From assembly GCF_023957275.1 (NCBI RefSeq), contig NZ_JAMLHF010000004.1: a stretch of DNA of 64,000 nucleotides. One strand, given 5' to 3'. The notes below the pieces were generated by a model. The model had not been told where the DNA came from, ran no database searches, and saw nothing but the letters and a program-made list of their open reading frames with translations. The DNA is from Lentimicrobium sp. (GTDB lineage Bacteria > Bacteroidota > Bacteroidia > Bacteroidales > Lentimicrobiaceae). Numbering within the stretch: position 1 is the first letter of the stretch; each line of letters opens with the position of its first letter. This document shows positions 8,895 through 19,416 of this stretch, piece by piece. The translations under genes and the position numbers were made by a program.

Positions 8895-9902
8895 ATGAAC
8901 TTACTCACAGTTTCGGGATCACCCCATGTTCACACACATCAGAGTGTTAAGTCTATTATGTATGGCGTGGTGATCGCCCTGATCCCTGCCATTTTCGTAT
9001 CGCTCTATTTTTTCGGGATAGATGCAGCCAGGGTTATTTTTATCTCGGTGGCCGCCTGCCTTTTCTTTGAATGGGTAATTCAGAAATATCTGATTAAGGG
9101 GCCTGTTACCATCAACGACGGCAGCGCCCTGGTAACCGGTGTGCTGCTGGCATTTAACGTGCCATCCAATCTTCCCTGGTGGATATTGGTCATTGGTGCG
9201 CTGGTTTCCATCGGCATTGGCAAAATGTCATTTGGTGGACTGGGTAAGAATCCGTTTAATCCCGCGCTGGTAGGCCGTGTGTTTTTGCTGATCTCTTTCC
9301 CGGTTCAGATGACTTCATGGCCTTTGCCAAAAGGATTGTTTGGGACAGGTCTGACGGATGCCATAACCGGTCCTACTACGCTGGGAGTGCTCAAAGAAGG
9401 CCTCAGTGCAGGTAAAACCGTTCAGGAAATCATGGCATCTCCTGATTTTCCCGGATATATCAACGACCTTATGGGGGCGCAGGGAGGCTCACTTGGGGAG
9501 ATTTCTGCCATTGCCCTTTTGCTGGGGGCTGTGTATATGCTCTCACGCAAAATCATTACCTGGCACATCCCGACAGCCTATATCGGTTCAGCAGTCATTT
9601 TTTCAGGCATTCTCTGGCTGGTTGACCCCTCGCATTATATTGACCCGGCCATGCACCTTTTGGCCGGAGGTATGATCCTCGGGGTTTTCTATATGGCTAC
9701 CGATATGGTCTCTTCACCCATGACAGCGCGCGGGCAGATTGTTTTTGGCATCGGTGCCGGATTGCTAACTATTATGATCAGGGTATGGGGAGCTTACCCC
9801 GAAGGCGTTTCTTTTGCCATTCTTATTATGAATGCGTTTACGCCGCTGATCAACAATGCTTTTAAACCTAAAAGGTTCGGGGAGGTAGTGAAAAATGGCT
9901 AA
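8895..9902 (+). CDS. rnfD: Rnf complex subunit D
   Basis: SGSPH N-terminus, FGGLGKNPFNPALVGR, DAITGPT FMN-Thr motif, YPEGVSFAILIMN; true start is ATG 8895 directly after the rnfC stop. Confidence 0.95.
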   Translation: MNLLTVSGSPHVHTHQSVKSIMYGVVIALIPAIFVSLYFFGIDAARVIFISVAACLFFEWVIQKYLIKGPVTINDGSALVTGVLLAFNVPSNLPWWILVIGALVSIGIGKMSFGGLGKNPFNPALVGRVFLLISFPVQMTSWPLPKGLFGTGLTDAITGPTTLGVLKEGLSAGKTVQEIMASPDFPGYINDLMGAQGGSLGEISAIALLLGAVYMLSRKIITWHIPTAYIGSAVIFSGILWLVDPSHYIDPAMHLLAGGMILGVFYMATDMVSSPMTARGQIVFGIGAGLLTIMIRVWGAYPEGVSFAILIMNAFTPLINNAFKPKRFGEVVKNG

Positions 9903-10473
9903 ATTGGAATCCAGTTTTAAGAATATGGTGCTTGTGCTGCTGGGCATCTCCCTGGTTGCTTCGTTTGCACTGGGTGCGGTTTATAACCTGACCAAAGAGC
10001 CCATCGCCAAAGCGCAGCAACTGAAAAAAGAAGCTGCCATCAAACAGGTAGTACCTGAATTTGAGCAGCTTGAGCCGGTAACTGTTACCCCCGCTGATGG
10101 CGGCGACCCTGTGGTGATCAATAAGGCCATTTCGGGTGGCGAGGTTGTGGGATATGCGGTGGAAACATACAGCGATAAAGGTTTTGGAGGAAAAGTTCAA
10201 TTAATGATAGGGTTTCTTCCCGATGGAACCATCTTCAATACTGCCGTGCTGAAGCATACCGAAACCCCGGGACTGGGCGATAAAATGGATGCTGCGAAAT
10301 CGTCATTTCCTGAACAGTTTAAAAATCAGAATCCTGAATCATATACGCTGAAAGTTAAAAAAGACGGCGGACAGGTAGATGCCATCACTGCGGCAACCAT
10401 CAGCTCCAGGGCTTTTTGCGACGGGGTTCAGCGGGCCTATGATGCAGTTAAATCGGAAGGAGGTGAGAAATGA
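9895..10473 (+). CDS. rnfG: Rnf complex subunit G
   Basis: N-terminal TM helix, GFGG, ETPGLG and the [13 protein letters not shown] motif. Confidence 0.95.
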   Translation: MAKLESSFKNMVLVLLGISLVASFALGAVYNLTKEPIAKAQQLKKEAAIKQVVPEFEQLEPVTVTPADGGDPVVINKAISGGEVVGYAVETYSDKGFGGKVQLMIGFLPDGTIFNTAVLKHTETPGLGDKMDAAKSSFPEQFKNQNPESYTLKVKKDGGQVDAITAATISSRAFCDGVQRAYDAVKSEGGEK

Positions 10474-11051
10474 ACCAGATGCAGAATTTTACCAAGGGAT
10501 TTATCAGGAATAACCCGGTGCTGGTACTGTTGCTCGGGATGTGTCCGACACTTGGAGTAACCACTTCAGCCATCAACGGCCTGGGTATGGGTCTGGCCAC
10601 CACTTTTGTGCTGGTAATGGCTAATGTGGTCATTTCCCTTATGAAAAATATCATCCCCGATAAGGTGCGTATCCCTTCATTTATTGTGGTGATCGCATCA
10701 TTCGTTACCATTGTTGACCTGGTGATGGCAGGATATGCCCCGGCGCTGCATGAGCAACTGGGCCTTTTTATCCCGCTTATCGTTGTAAACTGCATTGTGC
10801 TGGGACGCGCTGAGGCTTTTGCTTCAAAGAATGATGTGTTCTCCTCCATGATCGACGGGCTTGGAATGGGGCTTGGCTTTGCATTTGCCCTGACCTTACT
10901 GGGCGGCATTCGTGAAATTCTGGGTAGCGGCGCCCTCTTTGGAATAAAATTTATACAGGGGGATGCCATTCTCGTATTTGTGCTGGCTCCGGGAGCTTTT
11001 ATCGCTCTTGGTTATCTCATTGCACTGATTAACAAACTAAGGAAAGCGTAA
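10470..11051 (+). CDS. rnfE: Rnf complex subunit E
   Basis: [30 protein letters not shown]. Confidence 0.95.
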   Translation: MNQMQNFTKGFIRNNPVLVLLLGMCPTLGVTTSAINGLGMGLATTFVLVMANVVISLMKNIIPDKVRIPSFIVVIASFVTIVDLVMAGYAPALHEQLGLFIPLIVVNCIVLGRAEAFASKNDVFSSMIDGLGMGLGFAFALTLLGGIREILGSGALFGIKFIQGDAILVFVLAPGAFIALGYLIALINKLRKA

Positions 11052-11082
11052 TCAACGGGTTTAATACAAAAGAAGAAAGATT

Positions 11083-11655
11083 ATGGAATATATTATCATC
11101 GTCATTTCGGCAATCTTTGTCAACAACATCGTTTTTGCGCAATTCCTCGGAATTTGCCCGTTTCTTGGCGTTTCCAATAAACTGTCAACCTCCGTGGGGA
11201 TGGGCGGTGCCGTGGTGTTTGTCATGACACTCGCTACCATTGTAACCTACCTGATTTATCAGTTTGTTCTGGTTCCGCTGGGGCTCGGGTTCCTTCAGAC
11301 CATCAGTTACATTCTGGTAATTGCGGCATTGGTACAGATGGTAGAAATCATCCTCAAAAAGGTGAGTCCTTCGCTCTATCAGGCGCTTGGTATCTTCCTT
11401 CCGCTGATTACCACCAATTGTGCCGTATTGGGTGTTGCCATCCTGGTGATTCAGAAAAACCTGAACCTGCTCGAAAGTGTGGTGTTTGCCGTTGCCACCT
11501 CGGTCGGCTTCACCCTTGCACTGGTGATCTTTGCCGGTATCCGTGAACACATGGAATTAATGGGCGTGCCCAAAGGAATGCGCGGGGTGCCCATTGCGCT
11601 GGTGGTCGCCGGATTGCTCTCCCTGGCATTTATGGGTTTTGCCGGCCTCGTATAA
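11083..11655 (+). CDS. rnfA: Rnf complex subunit A
   Basis: [27 protein letters not shown]. Confidence 0.95.
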   Translation: MEYIIIVISAIFVNNIVFAQFLGICPFLGVSNKLSTSVGMGGAVVFVMTLATIVTYLIYQFVLVPLGLGFLQTISYILVIAALVQMVEIILKKVSPSLYQALGIFLPLITTNCAVLGVAILVIQKNLNLLESVVFAVATSVGFTLALVIFAGIREHMELMGVPKGMRGVPIALVVAGLLSLAFMGFAGLV

Positions 11656-11679
11656 GTAAGAAGAAAAATATTTTATGTC

Positions 11680-11705
11680 AAAAGCCCGGTTTTGCCGGGT
11701 TTTTT
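11680..11705 (+). terminator. Intrinsic terminator after rnfA
   Basis: AAAAGCCCGG-TTTTG-CCGGGT followed by a T-run. Confidence 0.8.
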
Positions 11706-11756
11706 CATATTTGTCCGGGTAGGTGTATTAATTACACTATCCTGCGTGTTAATGAT

Positions 11757-11764
11757 TATCTTTG
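11757..11764 (+). promoter_or_regulatory. -7 promoter element TATCTTTG upstream of the GH5 gene
   Basis: TAnnTTTG match downstream of the rnf terminator. Confidence 0.45.
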
Positions 11765-11856
11765 CAAGGCGACCTAAGGTGAAATCCAGATCAGGGTTGA
11801 AGTATTAAGAGCTTAAGGCGCTGTAAATAAAATTGTTACTGTAAAAAGTTTGAAAT

Positions 11857-14574
11857 ATGATCAGGTTCTTGTTTTTATTTGTTTTTTCATTGATAACTTC
11901 CGGAATTACTGCCCAGGGATTTCTGCATACTTCAGGAAAGTATATTTTTAACGGGGCAGGAGAGGAGGTGATACTCCGCGGCATAGGCACCGGTAACTGG
12001 CTGTTGATGGAGGGTTATATGATGAAATCAGCCGAGGTAGCCGGCACACACACCGGCTTCAGGAACAAGCTGACGCAGACCATTGGTGCTGAACTGACTG
12101 AAGAATTCTATGAAACCTGGCTCGACAATCATTTTACCCGTGCCGATGTGGACAGCATGAAATCATGGGGCTTCAACAGTGTAAGGGTAGCCATGCATTA
12201 CAAATGGTTTACCCTGCCTATAGAGGATGAGCCGGTAGCCGGACAGGACACCTGGTTAGAAGATGGTTTTGTTCGCATCGACAGCCTGCTTGACTGGTGC
12301 GGCGATAATCAGATGTACCTGATCCTCGATCTGCACGGGGCGCCCGGCGGGCAGGGCAAAGATGCGAATATCTCGGATTACGATCCTGCTAAGCCTTCGC
12401 TATGGGAGAGCCCCGAAAACCGGAGAAAAACCGTGGCTTTGTGGGCCAGGCTGGCCGAACGCTACGCCCAGGAACCCTGGATAGGTGGCTATGACCTGAT
12501 CAATGAACCCAACTGGGAATTACCCGGCGGAACGCTGCTCCGACAGCTTTACGGTGAAATTACCAATGCGATCCGGGCGGTAGATCAGAACCATATGATC
12601 ATCATTGAAGGCAACTGGTTCGCCAATGATTATACCGGGCTGACGCCTCCCTGGGATAACAATATGGTGTATAGTTTCCATAAATACTGGACCTACAATA
12701 CCCAGAATGAAATCAGTTGGATCATCAACCTCAGGAATACCTGGAATGTGCCCACCTGGCTGGGTGAATCCGGTGAAAACTCCAACAGTTGGTTTACAGA
12801 TCTGATTGCTCTTTGCGAGCAGAACAGGATCGGATGGTCGTGGTGGCCGGTGAAAAAGGCCGGGATCAACAATGTGCTTCAGGTGCCGGAGAGTCAGAAT
12901 TATAACAACCTGATCAGCTTCTGGAGGTTCGGTACCCCTGTGCTCACGGCTGAGCAGGCCTTTGAGGCCGTGATGGAATGGGCAGACAATCACCGGATTG
13001 AAAATTGTATGGTAAAGAGGGACGTGATAGACGCCATGATCCGGCAACCACACACAAACGAAACGCTGCCTTTCAGGGTTTATAAGCCCGGCGAAGCGGT
13101 GCATGCCGTCAATTATGATCTTGGCCGGAGCTCCTTTGCCTATAAGGATGCGGATTCAGCCAATTACCACCTTAACACTGGCAGTTTTACCAACTGGAAC
13201 CAGGGCTGGGAGTACCGGAATGATGGAGTAGACATCGATGATTGCAGTGACGCATTTGCGGGAGGAAACGGCTTCAATATCCGGTGGACAGAAACCGGGG
13301 AGTGGCTGCAATATACTTTAGATACTGATAGCGCGGCCGCTTACAGACTGACGATCCGTTCGGCTTCCAACAGCGCCCAGACTGGGATTATAAGATTTAC
13401 CATTAACGGAACCGATCTGATCAGTCCGCTTACCCTCCCGAATACCGGTTCCATCAGTACGTGGACCTCCTCCGTGGCGAATGACGTGATCATCCCGGAA
13501 GGAACCCATAAAATCAGGCTTTATTTCGAAAGGGGAGGCTCAAACATCAACCTGTTTTTGTTTGATAATCCGGTGCCGGTCAGCGCGGTACCCTTCAAAT
13601 ACATTTATGCCGAAACCACTGAATCCGGTCAGGAAATAATCATCACGCTCAACAAGGAAATCACTGAAATGAATGCTGTTCCGGATGATTTTACCTTAAA
13701 AATATCAGATCAGCTAACAGGAATATCTTCAGTCACGGTTGTTCCCGGACAGCCGGCAAGGCTGGTGCTGGTGCCTGAAACTCCTGTGGAATTCGGTCAG
13801 CAGGTTCAGATAAGCTATACCGGAAGTGGAATCATAAATGGAGCACAACCGTTGGAGCACTTTTCTGACATGAACGTTAAAAATAACCTTCCCCGTCGTT
13901 ATCAGCTGCCGGCGCGTATAGAAGCGGAGGACTTTTATTTTAATAATGGGTTTCAGCTTGAGAACTGTACCGATGCCGGCGGTGGTTACAATGTGGGATT
14001 CGCCAATAACGGGGACTATCTTGATTATCTGATCAAGGTGCCTGAAGCCGGTGAATATCAGCTTATGTTCCGGATAGCTTCCCAGTATTCCAATGGAATC
14101 ATCAGCATCCGGGCCTCATCCGGAGGGAGTTTCCAGACTTATGGTTCTATGAACGTTTCAGCGACCGGCGGCTGGCAGAACTGGGAAAATCAAAACGTTT
14201 CGGTAAACCTGCCTGCCGGAAACCTTAGGCTCAGGCTCTATTCATTTGCGGGAGAGTATAACATCAACTGGTTCAACATTGCCAAACCAGCCGGAACCGG
14301 TGAAATAGACATGAAAAACCGTCTGATTGTTTATCCGAACCCCGGGAACGGAATATTTAAAATCCGTTTTGACGAATTAATCAGGGAGGGGCTGGTGCTT
14401 CAGGTAAGAGACCTTTCAGGCAGAATGGTCCACCGGGAAGTGGTTTCCGGTCAGCCGGACAAAGAAGTTTCCATTGATATCAGTCACTTATCTTCAGGTT
14501 TATACACCATCCATCTCCTTGATACTGTCACATCCGGAGTTGTAAAGGTGATCCTTCAGAGTCCAATCTTGTAA
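11857..14574 (+). CDS. GH5 (cellulase family) glycoside hydrolase with CBM6-like modules, an Ig/SwmB-like spacer and a T9SS C-terminal sorting domain
   Basis: Signal peptide; LDLHGAPG, DLINEP (acid/base) and WLGESGEN (nucleophile); GEWLQY and RIEAED..GDYLDY CBM motifs; VYPNP...GLYTI...KVIL C-terminal domain. Confidence 0.88.
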   Translation: MIRFLFLFVFSLITSGITAQGFLHTSGKYIFNGAGEEVILRGIGTGNWLLMEGYMMKSAEVAGTHTGFRNKLTQTIGAELTEEFYETWLDNHFTRADVDSMKSWGFNSVRVAMHYKWFTLPIEDEPVAGQDTWLEDGFVRIDSLLDWCGDNQMYLILDLHGAPGGQGKDANISDYDPAKPSLWESPENRRKTVALWARLAERYAQEPWIGGYDLINEPNWELPGGTLLRQLYGEITNAIRAVDQNHMIIIEGNWFANDYTGLTPPWDNNMVYSFHKYWTYNTQNEISWIINLRNTWNVPTWLGESGENSNSWFTDLIALCEQNRIGWSWWPVKKAGINNVLQVPESQNYNNLISFWRFGTPVLTAEQAFEAVMEWADNHRIENCMVKRDVIDAMIRQPHTNETLPFRVYKPGEAVHAVNYDLGRSSFAYKDADSANYHLNTGSFTNWNQGWEYRNDGVDIDDCSDAFAGGNGFNIRWTETGEWLQYTLDTDSAAAYRLTIRSASNSAQTGIIRFTINGTDLISPLTLPNTGSISTWTSSVANDVIIPEGTHKIRLYFERGGSNINLFLFDNPVPVSAVPFKYIYAETTESGQEIIITLNKEITEMNAVPDDFTLKISDQLTGISSVTVVPGQPARLVLVPETPVEFGQQVQISYTGSGIINGAQPLEHFSDMNVKNNLPRRYQLPARIEAEDFYFNNGFQLENCTDAGGGYNVGFANNGDYLDYLIKVPEAGEYQLMFRIASQYSNGIISIRASSGGSFQTYGSMNVSATGGWQNWENQNVSVNLPAGNLRLRLYSFAGEYNINWFNIAKPAGTGEIDMKNRLIVYPNPGNGIFKIRFDELIREGLVLQVRDLSGRMVHREVVSGQPDKEVSIDISHLSSGLYTIHLLDTVTSGVVKVILQSPIL

Positions 14575-14749
14575 ACTGCTTATATTCAGATTCATCCGGC
14601 ATGAAAATCTTTTTAGCAGGTCTTTGTCCGGTTCTTCCATAGTGTCATGTTTTTTATCATAATTACTGCTGTTGCTCCGGACGTTAAACTGTTACACTTT
14701 TTAATTTTGTGCAGTAAACCTGTTTCAACTCACAAAGCTTCCTGGGCCT

Positions 14750-15934
14750 ATGCAATACAACTTTGACGAAATTATTGACCGCGGCAATACGGCTTGCGTT
14801 AAATACGATCTGCGTAAGTTTTTCTTCGGAAATAACGAGGTCATTCCCATGTGGGTGGCCGATATGGATTTCCGGACGCCTGATTTTGTAATGGATGCCA
14901 TCCGGAAACGGGCAGCGCACGAAGTGCTGGGGTACTCCATCCGGACTGATTCCTATTTCGATGCCCTGACCGCCTGGATTCAACGTCGCCATCACTGGCG
15001 GACAGAGCGCGAATGGATTGCCTTTTCACCGGGGATTGTCCCTGCAGTGAACATGGCGGTGCTTGCATTTACACTTCGTCGCGACAAGGTTATCATTCAG
15101 CCGCCCGTCTACTTTCCGTTTTTTGATGCCGTGAAAAATCATAACCGAAAACTGGTTTATAATCAGCTGATTATGGAAAACGGCCGTTACCGGATGAATT
15201 ATGAAAATCTTGAACAGTTATGCCGTGATGGTGCCCGTATGCTGATTCTGAGTAATCCGCATAACCCGGCCGGAAACGCCTGGAGGGCGGACGAGTTGCA
15301 GCGGATGGCTGATATTTGCCTGAAATACAATGTGCTGATGATTTCCGATGAGATTCACTGCGACCTGGTAAACCGGGGATACAAACATACGGTGCTGGCT
15401 TCTCTCTCGCCGGAGATCGCGGCAAACACCGTTACCATGGTTGCGCCCAGCAAAACCTTTAACCTTGCCGGAATGGCGACTTCGTCGGTCATTATCAGCA
15501 ATCCTTCGCTGATGAAAAGGTTTCGCAAAGTCCTCGACGGCCTGCACATTGAAATGGGCAATCTTTTCGGCAACGTAGCTGCAGAGGCCGCCTATATGCA
15601 TGGAGATGCATGGCTGGAACAACTTCTGGATTACATTGATGGAAATATTCACACCCTGATTGAATTTGCTGAAACCCATCTTCCGCAGGTAAAGGTTATA
15701 CGCCCCGAAGCCACTTATATGGCCTGGCTTGATTTCAGCCAAACCGGGATGAGCGATGCAGAACTTAAGAAGTTTACGATTGAAGAGGCAGGGCTCGGTT
15801 TGAACGAAGGCACCCAATTCGGCCCGGGCGGCGATGGCTATATGCGCATGAACCTGGCCTGCCCGAGGCCGGTTCTGATGAAAGCGCTAAAACAATTGAA
15901 ACACGCCCTGGGCAAGAGAATGGTGGAAAGTTGA
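14750..15934 (+). CDS. MalY/PatB family PLP-dependent C-S lyase
   Basis: IPMWVADMDF, NPHNPAG, SDEIHCD and PSKTFNLAG. Confidence 0.92.
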   Translation: MQYNFDEIIDRGNTACVKYDLRKFFFGNNEVIPMWVADMDFRTPDFVMDAIRKRAAHEVLGYSIRTDSYFDALTAWIQRRHHWRTEREWIAFSPGIVPAVNMAVLAFTLRRDKVIIQPPVYFPFFDAVKNHNRKLVYNQLIMENGRYRMNYENLEQLCRDGARMLILSNPHNPAGNAWRADELQRMADICLKYNVLMISDEIHCDLVNRGYKHTVLASLSPEIAANTVTMVAPSKTFNLAGMATSSVIISNPSLMKRFRKVLDGLHIEMGNLFGNVAAEAAYMHGDAWLEQLLDYIDGNIHTLIEFAETHLPQVKVIRPEATYMAWLDFSQTGMSDAELKKFTIEEAGLGLNEGTQFGPGGDGYMRMNLACPRPVLMKALKQLKHALGKRMVES

Positions 15935-15959
15935 TGGGGATTGTACCTCTAAAGACATG

Positions 15960-15976
15960 CGACCCCTCCGGGGTCG
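15960..15976. repeat. Perfect palindrome CGACCCC-TCC-GGGGTCG (REP-like hairpin)
   Basis: 7-bp stem with a 3-nt loop, starting 26 nt after the malY stop. Confidence 0.7.
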
Positions 15977-16008
15977 GAAATATTTTGCAACCGGAATTTC
16001 CGGAGGAA

Positions 16009-16260
16009 TGGAGGAACTGGCTCTGCCCGAAAGTGTGGTGATCTTGTACCGATAGTATGGAGGACCTGGCTCTGCCCGAAAGTATGGTGGTCTCGGCTCC
16101 GCTCGACCACCACTATTACTCCCGGTGGTCGGGAGAAGTCCCGGTGGTCGGGCGAAGCCCCGGTGGTCGGGCGGTACCGATAGCGATCGGCACGGGACCA
16201 TCCGGGAACCATGCAGCCGGGACCATCCGGGACCGAGGAGCCAAGACCATCCGGAACAAC
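16009..16260. repeat. Composite REP/BIME-like cluster (locus B), an inverted relative of locus A
   Basis: Reverse complement of the locus A core at 16084-16111; 26-bp direct repeat at 16009-16034 and 16058-16083; 19-bp CCCGGTGGTCGGG units x3 from 16121; palindrome CCGATAGCGATCGG at 16177-16190; GACCATCCGG at 16196, 16221, 16245. Confidence 0.9.
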
Positions 16261-16436
16261 ATACGTTCCTGCTGAGGTTCTGACTTACTAACCTGACTAT
16301 AGCGCTGATTCCTGAGGAGTCAAATGTTCTGAAAAAGTATTCTGCTCCCTGGCCAACCGGATAAAAGTACCTGTGATGCTTGATCGCATTCTCAGGAAGA
16401 AAAGCCTTTAAGATGAAGGGTCAGCACCAGTGGTGC

Positions 16437-17255
16437 TTATTCAATACACATTTTCCTGAGCTTTGAGAGGCTTCCATTGAACACATTCAGGTCAACAGTC
16501 CCCTTGACCCCGTTAATGGTGGCCTTGTCCGTGTGCTGCCAGAACTGCCAGCGGCGGTGGTGCATGCGGGGCGTATCCTTTACATAGTGGGCAATCCACA
16601 ACGGGTAATCCTCAAAATCATCGGCCAGGTATTTATCATAAAAACCAGGACTGGTATAGATAATCGGCTTAACGCCATAATGTTCTTCCACCAGCCGGCA
16701 CCACTCCTGTGCCCCTTCTACGATTTCTGCTTTTGAGCGCCGGTTGCTGACTTCAATGTCAAGTACAGGTGGTAAATCGCCGGGTTTAAGTTTAACCTGT
16801 TTAATAAAGTTCTCAGCCTGTTTAGTTGCATCGCGCGTGGGATGAAAAAAATGGTATGCTCCCCGCATCATACCTGCCTCTCCGGCTTTTTCCCAGTTGC
16901 GTTTAAATTGCCTGTCCTGTCTGGTTATGCCTTCGGTGGCTTTTAAAAATGCAAAGCTGATTCTGATGCCGTTCACTTCCATTGCCGCAACTTCGGCCCA
17001 ACTAATACGCCCCTGGTGATGCGAAACGTCAATGCCATGGGTTTTGAATCCTGATGGAATGGGTACGCCAAAATTCTTCAGGTTGTGATATTGTTCCGCT
17101 TCTGTCCACGAAAAACCGCTTTTTATCAGGGGAAGGCCATAACGGAAAAACAACGGGGCCATCACAATCAGAAACACCGCAAACAGACCGGCATACAGGT
17201 AAAGCCTGGATTTGTTTAATTTTTTCTTCTTACCACCTGCCCGGGCAACTACCAC
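16437..17255 (-). CDS. GH25 muramidase (lysozyme) with N-terminal membrane anchor
   Basis: GIDVSHHQG, FAFLKATEG, GAYHFF, PPVLDIE and FWQHTD motifs. Confidence 0.92.
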   Translation of the reverse strand: MVVARAGGKKKKLNKSRLYLYAGLFAVFLIVMAPLFFRYGLPLIKSGFSWTEAEQYHNLKNFGVPIPSGFKTHGIDVSHHQGRISWAEVAAMEVNGIRISFAFLKATEGITRQDRQFKRNWEKAGEAGMMRGAYHFFHPTRDATKQAENFIKQVKLKPGDLPPVLDIEVSNRRSKAEIVEGAQEWCRLVEEHYGVKPIIYTSPGFYDKYLADDFEDYPLWIAHYVKDTPRMHHRRWQFWQHTDKATINGVKGTVDLNVFNGSLSKLRKMCIE

Positions 17256-17306
17256 AATCCTCTCCTTAAATGAAACGGTTCCTTCTTGTCTATTGTCCGC
17301 TTTTGC

Positions 17307-19193
17307 TTACTTTTTCAGTTCAAAGACCATGGCAGTCCTGCCTTTGCTGGTCAGTTTTCCGTGAAGCGGGAACGACTGCCCGGTCATAATGTCAAGCGCG
17401 TTGTTGTATCCGGAAGTTACTTCGGTGAACCTGCCGGTGTCAATGGTTTTCTCGTCATTGGTGTTGTTGATGACTACCATTACTGTTTCGTCGCCGGCCA
17501 TCCTGAAATAGACATAAACGCCGTTGAATGGGATAAAATGCCTGAGACTGCCCCGGGCAATGGCATTGCTCGATTTGCGCCAGCGCAGTAATTGCTTCAG
17601 GTGGTCAAAAACTTCATTCTGATCCTTTGATCTTCCTTCGCGGAGAAAGGCATTGGTTGAATCGCCCGCCCAGCCACCGGGAAAATCCCAGCGGATGTCG
17701 CCGTGGCCTTTGTGCTCGGCTCCGTCCATAAGCAACTCGGTGCCGTAATATATCTGAGGAATGCCGCGTGTGGTGAGCAGAAACGTCAGCGCCATTTTCA
17801 TGGCAGGCAGGTCTCTGTTGATGGTATTGAAGTAACGGTTTACATCATGATTGTCGAGAAAAGTCACCTTCATGTATGGATCTGAAAAAAGAAAATCCTG
17901 GGCAAAAACATAGTAAAGCCTGGCCATCCCTTCGGTCCATCCTTCGTTCTCTGTAAAGGCCTTTTTTGTAGCCTCATAAAGCGGGAAGTCGGTCACGCTG
18001 GGCAAGTTTGAATTGTAACCATCACTGACAATGGCATCCTTCTGATAGAATGCAAGCATACCTTCCTGGTTCAGCCAGGCTTCTCCGACAATGGAAAAAT
18101 CAGGGTACTCTTCAAAAACCCGGCGACCCCATTCGGCAATCATTTCTTTGTACGGATAAGGCTGGGTGTCGAGCCGGATGCCGTCAAGGCCTGCATATTC
18201 TATCCACCATATTGAATTCTGAATCAGATAGTTGGTGACGTATGGATTGCGTTGGTCGAAGTCGGGCATATTGGTGTCGAACCAGCCCTTAAGCAAGCGG
18301 TTTTTATCATATTCCGAGGCATAGGGATCTGATAAGGCTTCGGCCCTGAAATTGGAACGGGTAAATTCGGGAAACCGGTGAATCCAGTTGCTCATCGGTA
18401 AATCGTTGATAAACCAGTGGTTGATGCCGCAATGGTTAAAAATCATGTCCTTGATTACTTTGATGCCTTTTGCCTGGGCATCCTTCACGAGGTTTACATA
18501 ATCTTCATTGGTGCCCAGCCTCGGATCGATGCGGTAGAAGTCGGTAATGGCATATCCGTGGTAGGAGTAGGCCGGGTTATTGTTTTCGAGCAGGGGGTTG
18601 ATCCAGAGTGCAGTGATTCCAAGGTCACTGAGGTAATTCAGGTTTTTCGATATTCCGGCAATGTCGCCGCCATGTCTTCCAGATGGATTTGAGCGGTCGG
18701 CCGTTTCGAGCATACCGGGCATATTGTCATTTAAAGGATCTCCGTTTGCAAAGCGGTCAGGCATCAGCAGATAGATTACGTCGGCAGGAGAAAAACCCTT
18801 GCGGTCAGCCGATCCTTCTTTCCGTTGCCTGAGTTCATAGGTATATTGAAAGGCCAGTTTGCGGTTGCGCATAAATGAGATGACAAACTTTCCGGGTTTT
18901 GCATCCGCGGCGATCTCAATGTTCAGGAAAAGGTAGTTGGGATTTTCAACACTCACTTTGTCCCTCAGTGTAACGCCCGGATAGTTGAGGCTTACAGTAG
19001 TGGCGGCAATATCTTTTCCATAGGCCAGCAGTTGCAGCGAAGGATTTTTCATGCCTGCCCACCAGAAGGGAGGCTCAACGCGCAGTTCCGGGATACCCTG
19101 TGCAGAAACGGGGCCGGGGAATGCAATAAACAGAAGGAAGGCAAAAAGCAATGCCTGCTGTAGGTGTCGAAGCGGGGAACGGGTTATTTTCAT
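17307..19193 (-). CDS. GH13 neopullulanase/cyclomaltodextrinase (SusA-like)
   Basis: RVEPPFWW N-domain, DVIYLLMPDRFANGD, YHGYAITD, GIRLDTQPY, GEAW and FLDNHD; ATG 19193 fits the promoter element at 19246-19253. Confidence 0.9.
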   Translation of the reverse strand: MKITRSPLRHLQQALLFAFLLFIAFPGPVSAQGIPELRVEPPFWWAGMKNPSLQLLAYGKDIAATTVSLNYPGVTLRDKVSVENPNYLFLNIEIAADAKPGKFVISFMRNRKLAFQYTYELRQRKEGSADRKGFSPADVIYLLMPDRFANGDPLNDNMPGMLETADRSNPSGRHGGDIAGISKNLNYLSDLGITALWINPLLENNNPAYSYHGYAITDFYRIDPRLGTNEDYVNLVKDAQAKGIKVIKDMIFNHCGINHWFINDLPMSNWIHRFPEFTRSNFRAEALSDPYASEYDKNRLLKGWFDTNMPDFDQRNPYVTNYLIQNSIWWIEYAGLDGIRLDTQPYPYKEMIAEWGRRVFEEYPDFSIVGEAWLNQEGMLAFYQKDAIVSDGYNSNLPSVTDFPLYEATKKAFTENEGWTEGMARLYYVFAQDFLFSDPYMKVTFLDNHDVNRYFNTINRDLPAMKMALTFLLTTRGIPQIYYGTELLMDGAEHKGHGDIRWDFPGGWAGDSTNAFLREGRSKDQNEVFDHLKQLLRWRKSSNAIARGSLRHFIPFNGVYVYFRMAGDETVMVVINNTNDEKTIDTGRFTEVTSGYNNALDIMTGQSFPLHGKLTSKGRTAMVFELKK

Positions 19194-19416
19194 ATCTGTC
19201 GGATTGTCAATTGTAAGCAGTGCAGCGCGCTGCACCGTGTTTCTGCAAAAATAATAAAAATGAAGGCTCGTGCCCGGTGGGGTGTTCCGGTTTAACGGGA
19301 TTTCAGGAGCCGTTGTTATAAAGGTTTAGTAATTAGATATATAGCGATGTTGGCTGGTTTTTACAACTGGTTGGTTTATCGGTCAGCATGATTCCGGGAA
19401 AGGTTGTAAAACTTAT

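Noticed and set aside
6630-11655. rnfBCDGEA order as a novelty
   Set aside because: This is the normal Bacteroidota arrangement.
16437-17255. GH25 lysozyme plus the holin-like gene at 52974-53330 as a prophage lysis cassette
   Set aside because: They are 36 kb apart among housekeeping genes, with no phage structural, integrase or replication genes; both families have common chromosomal members.
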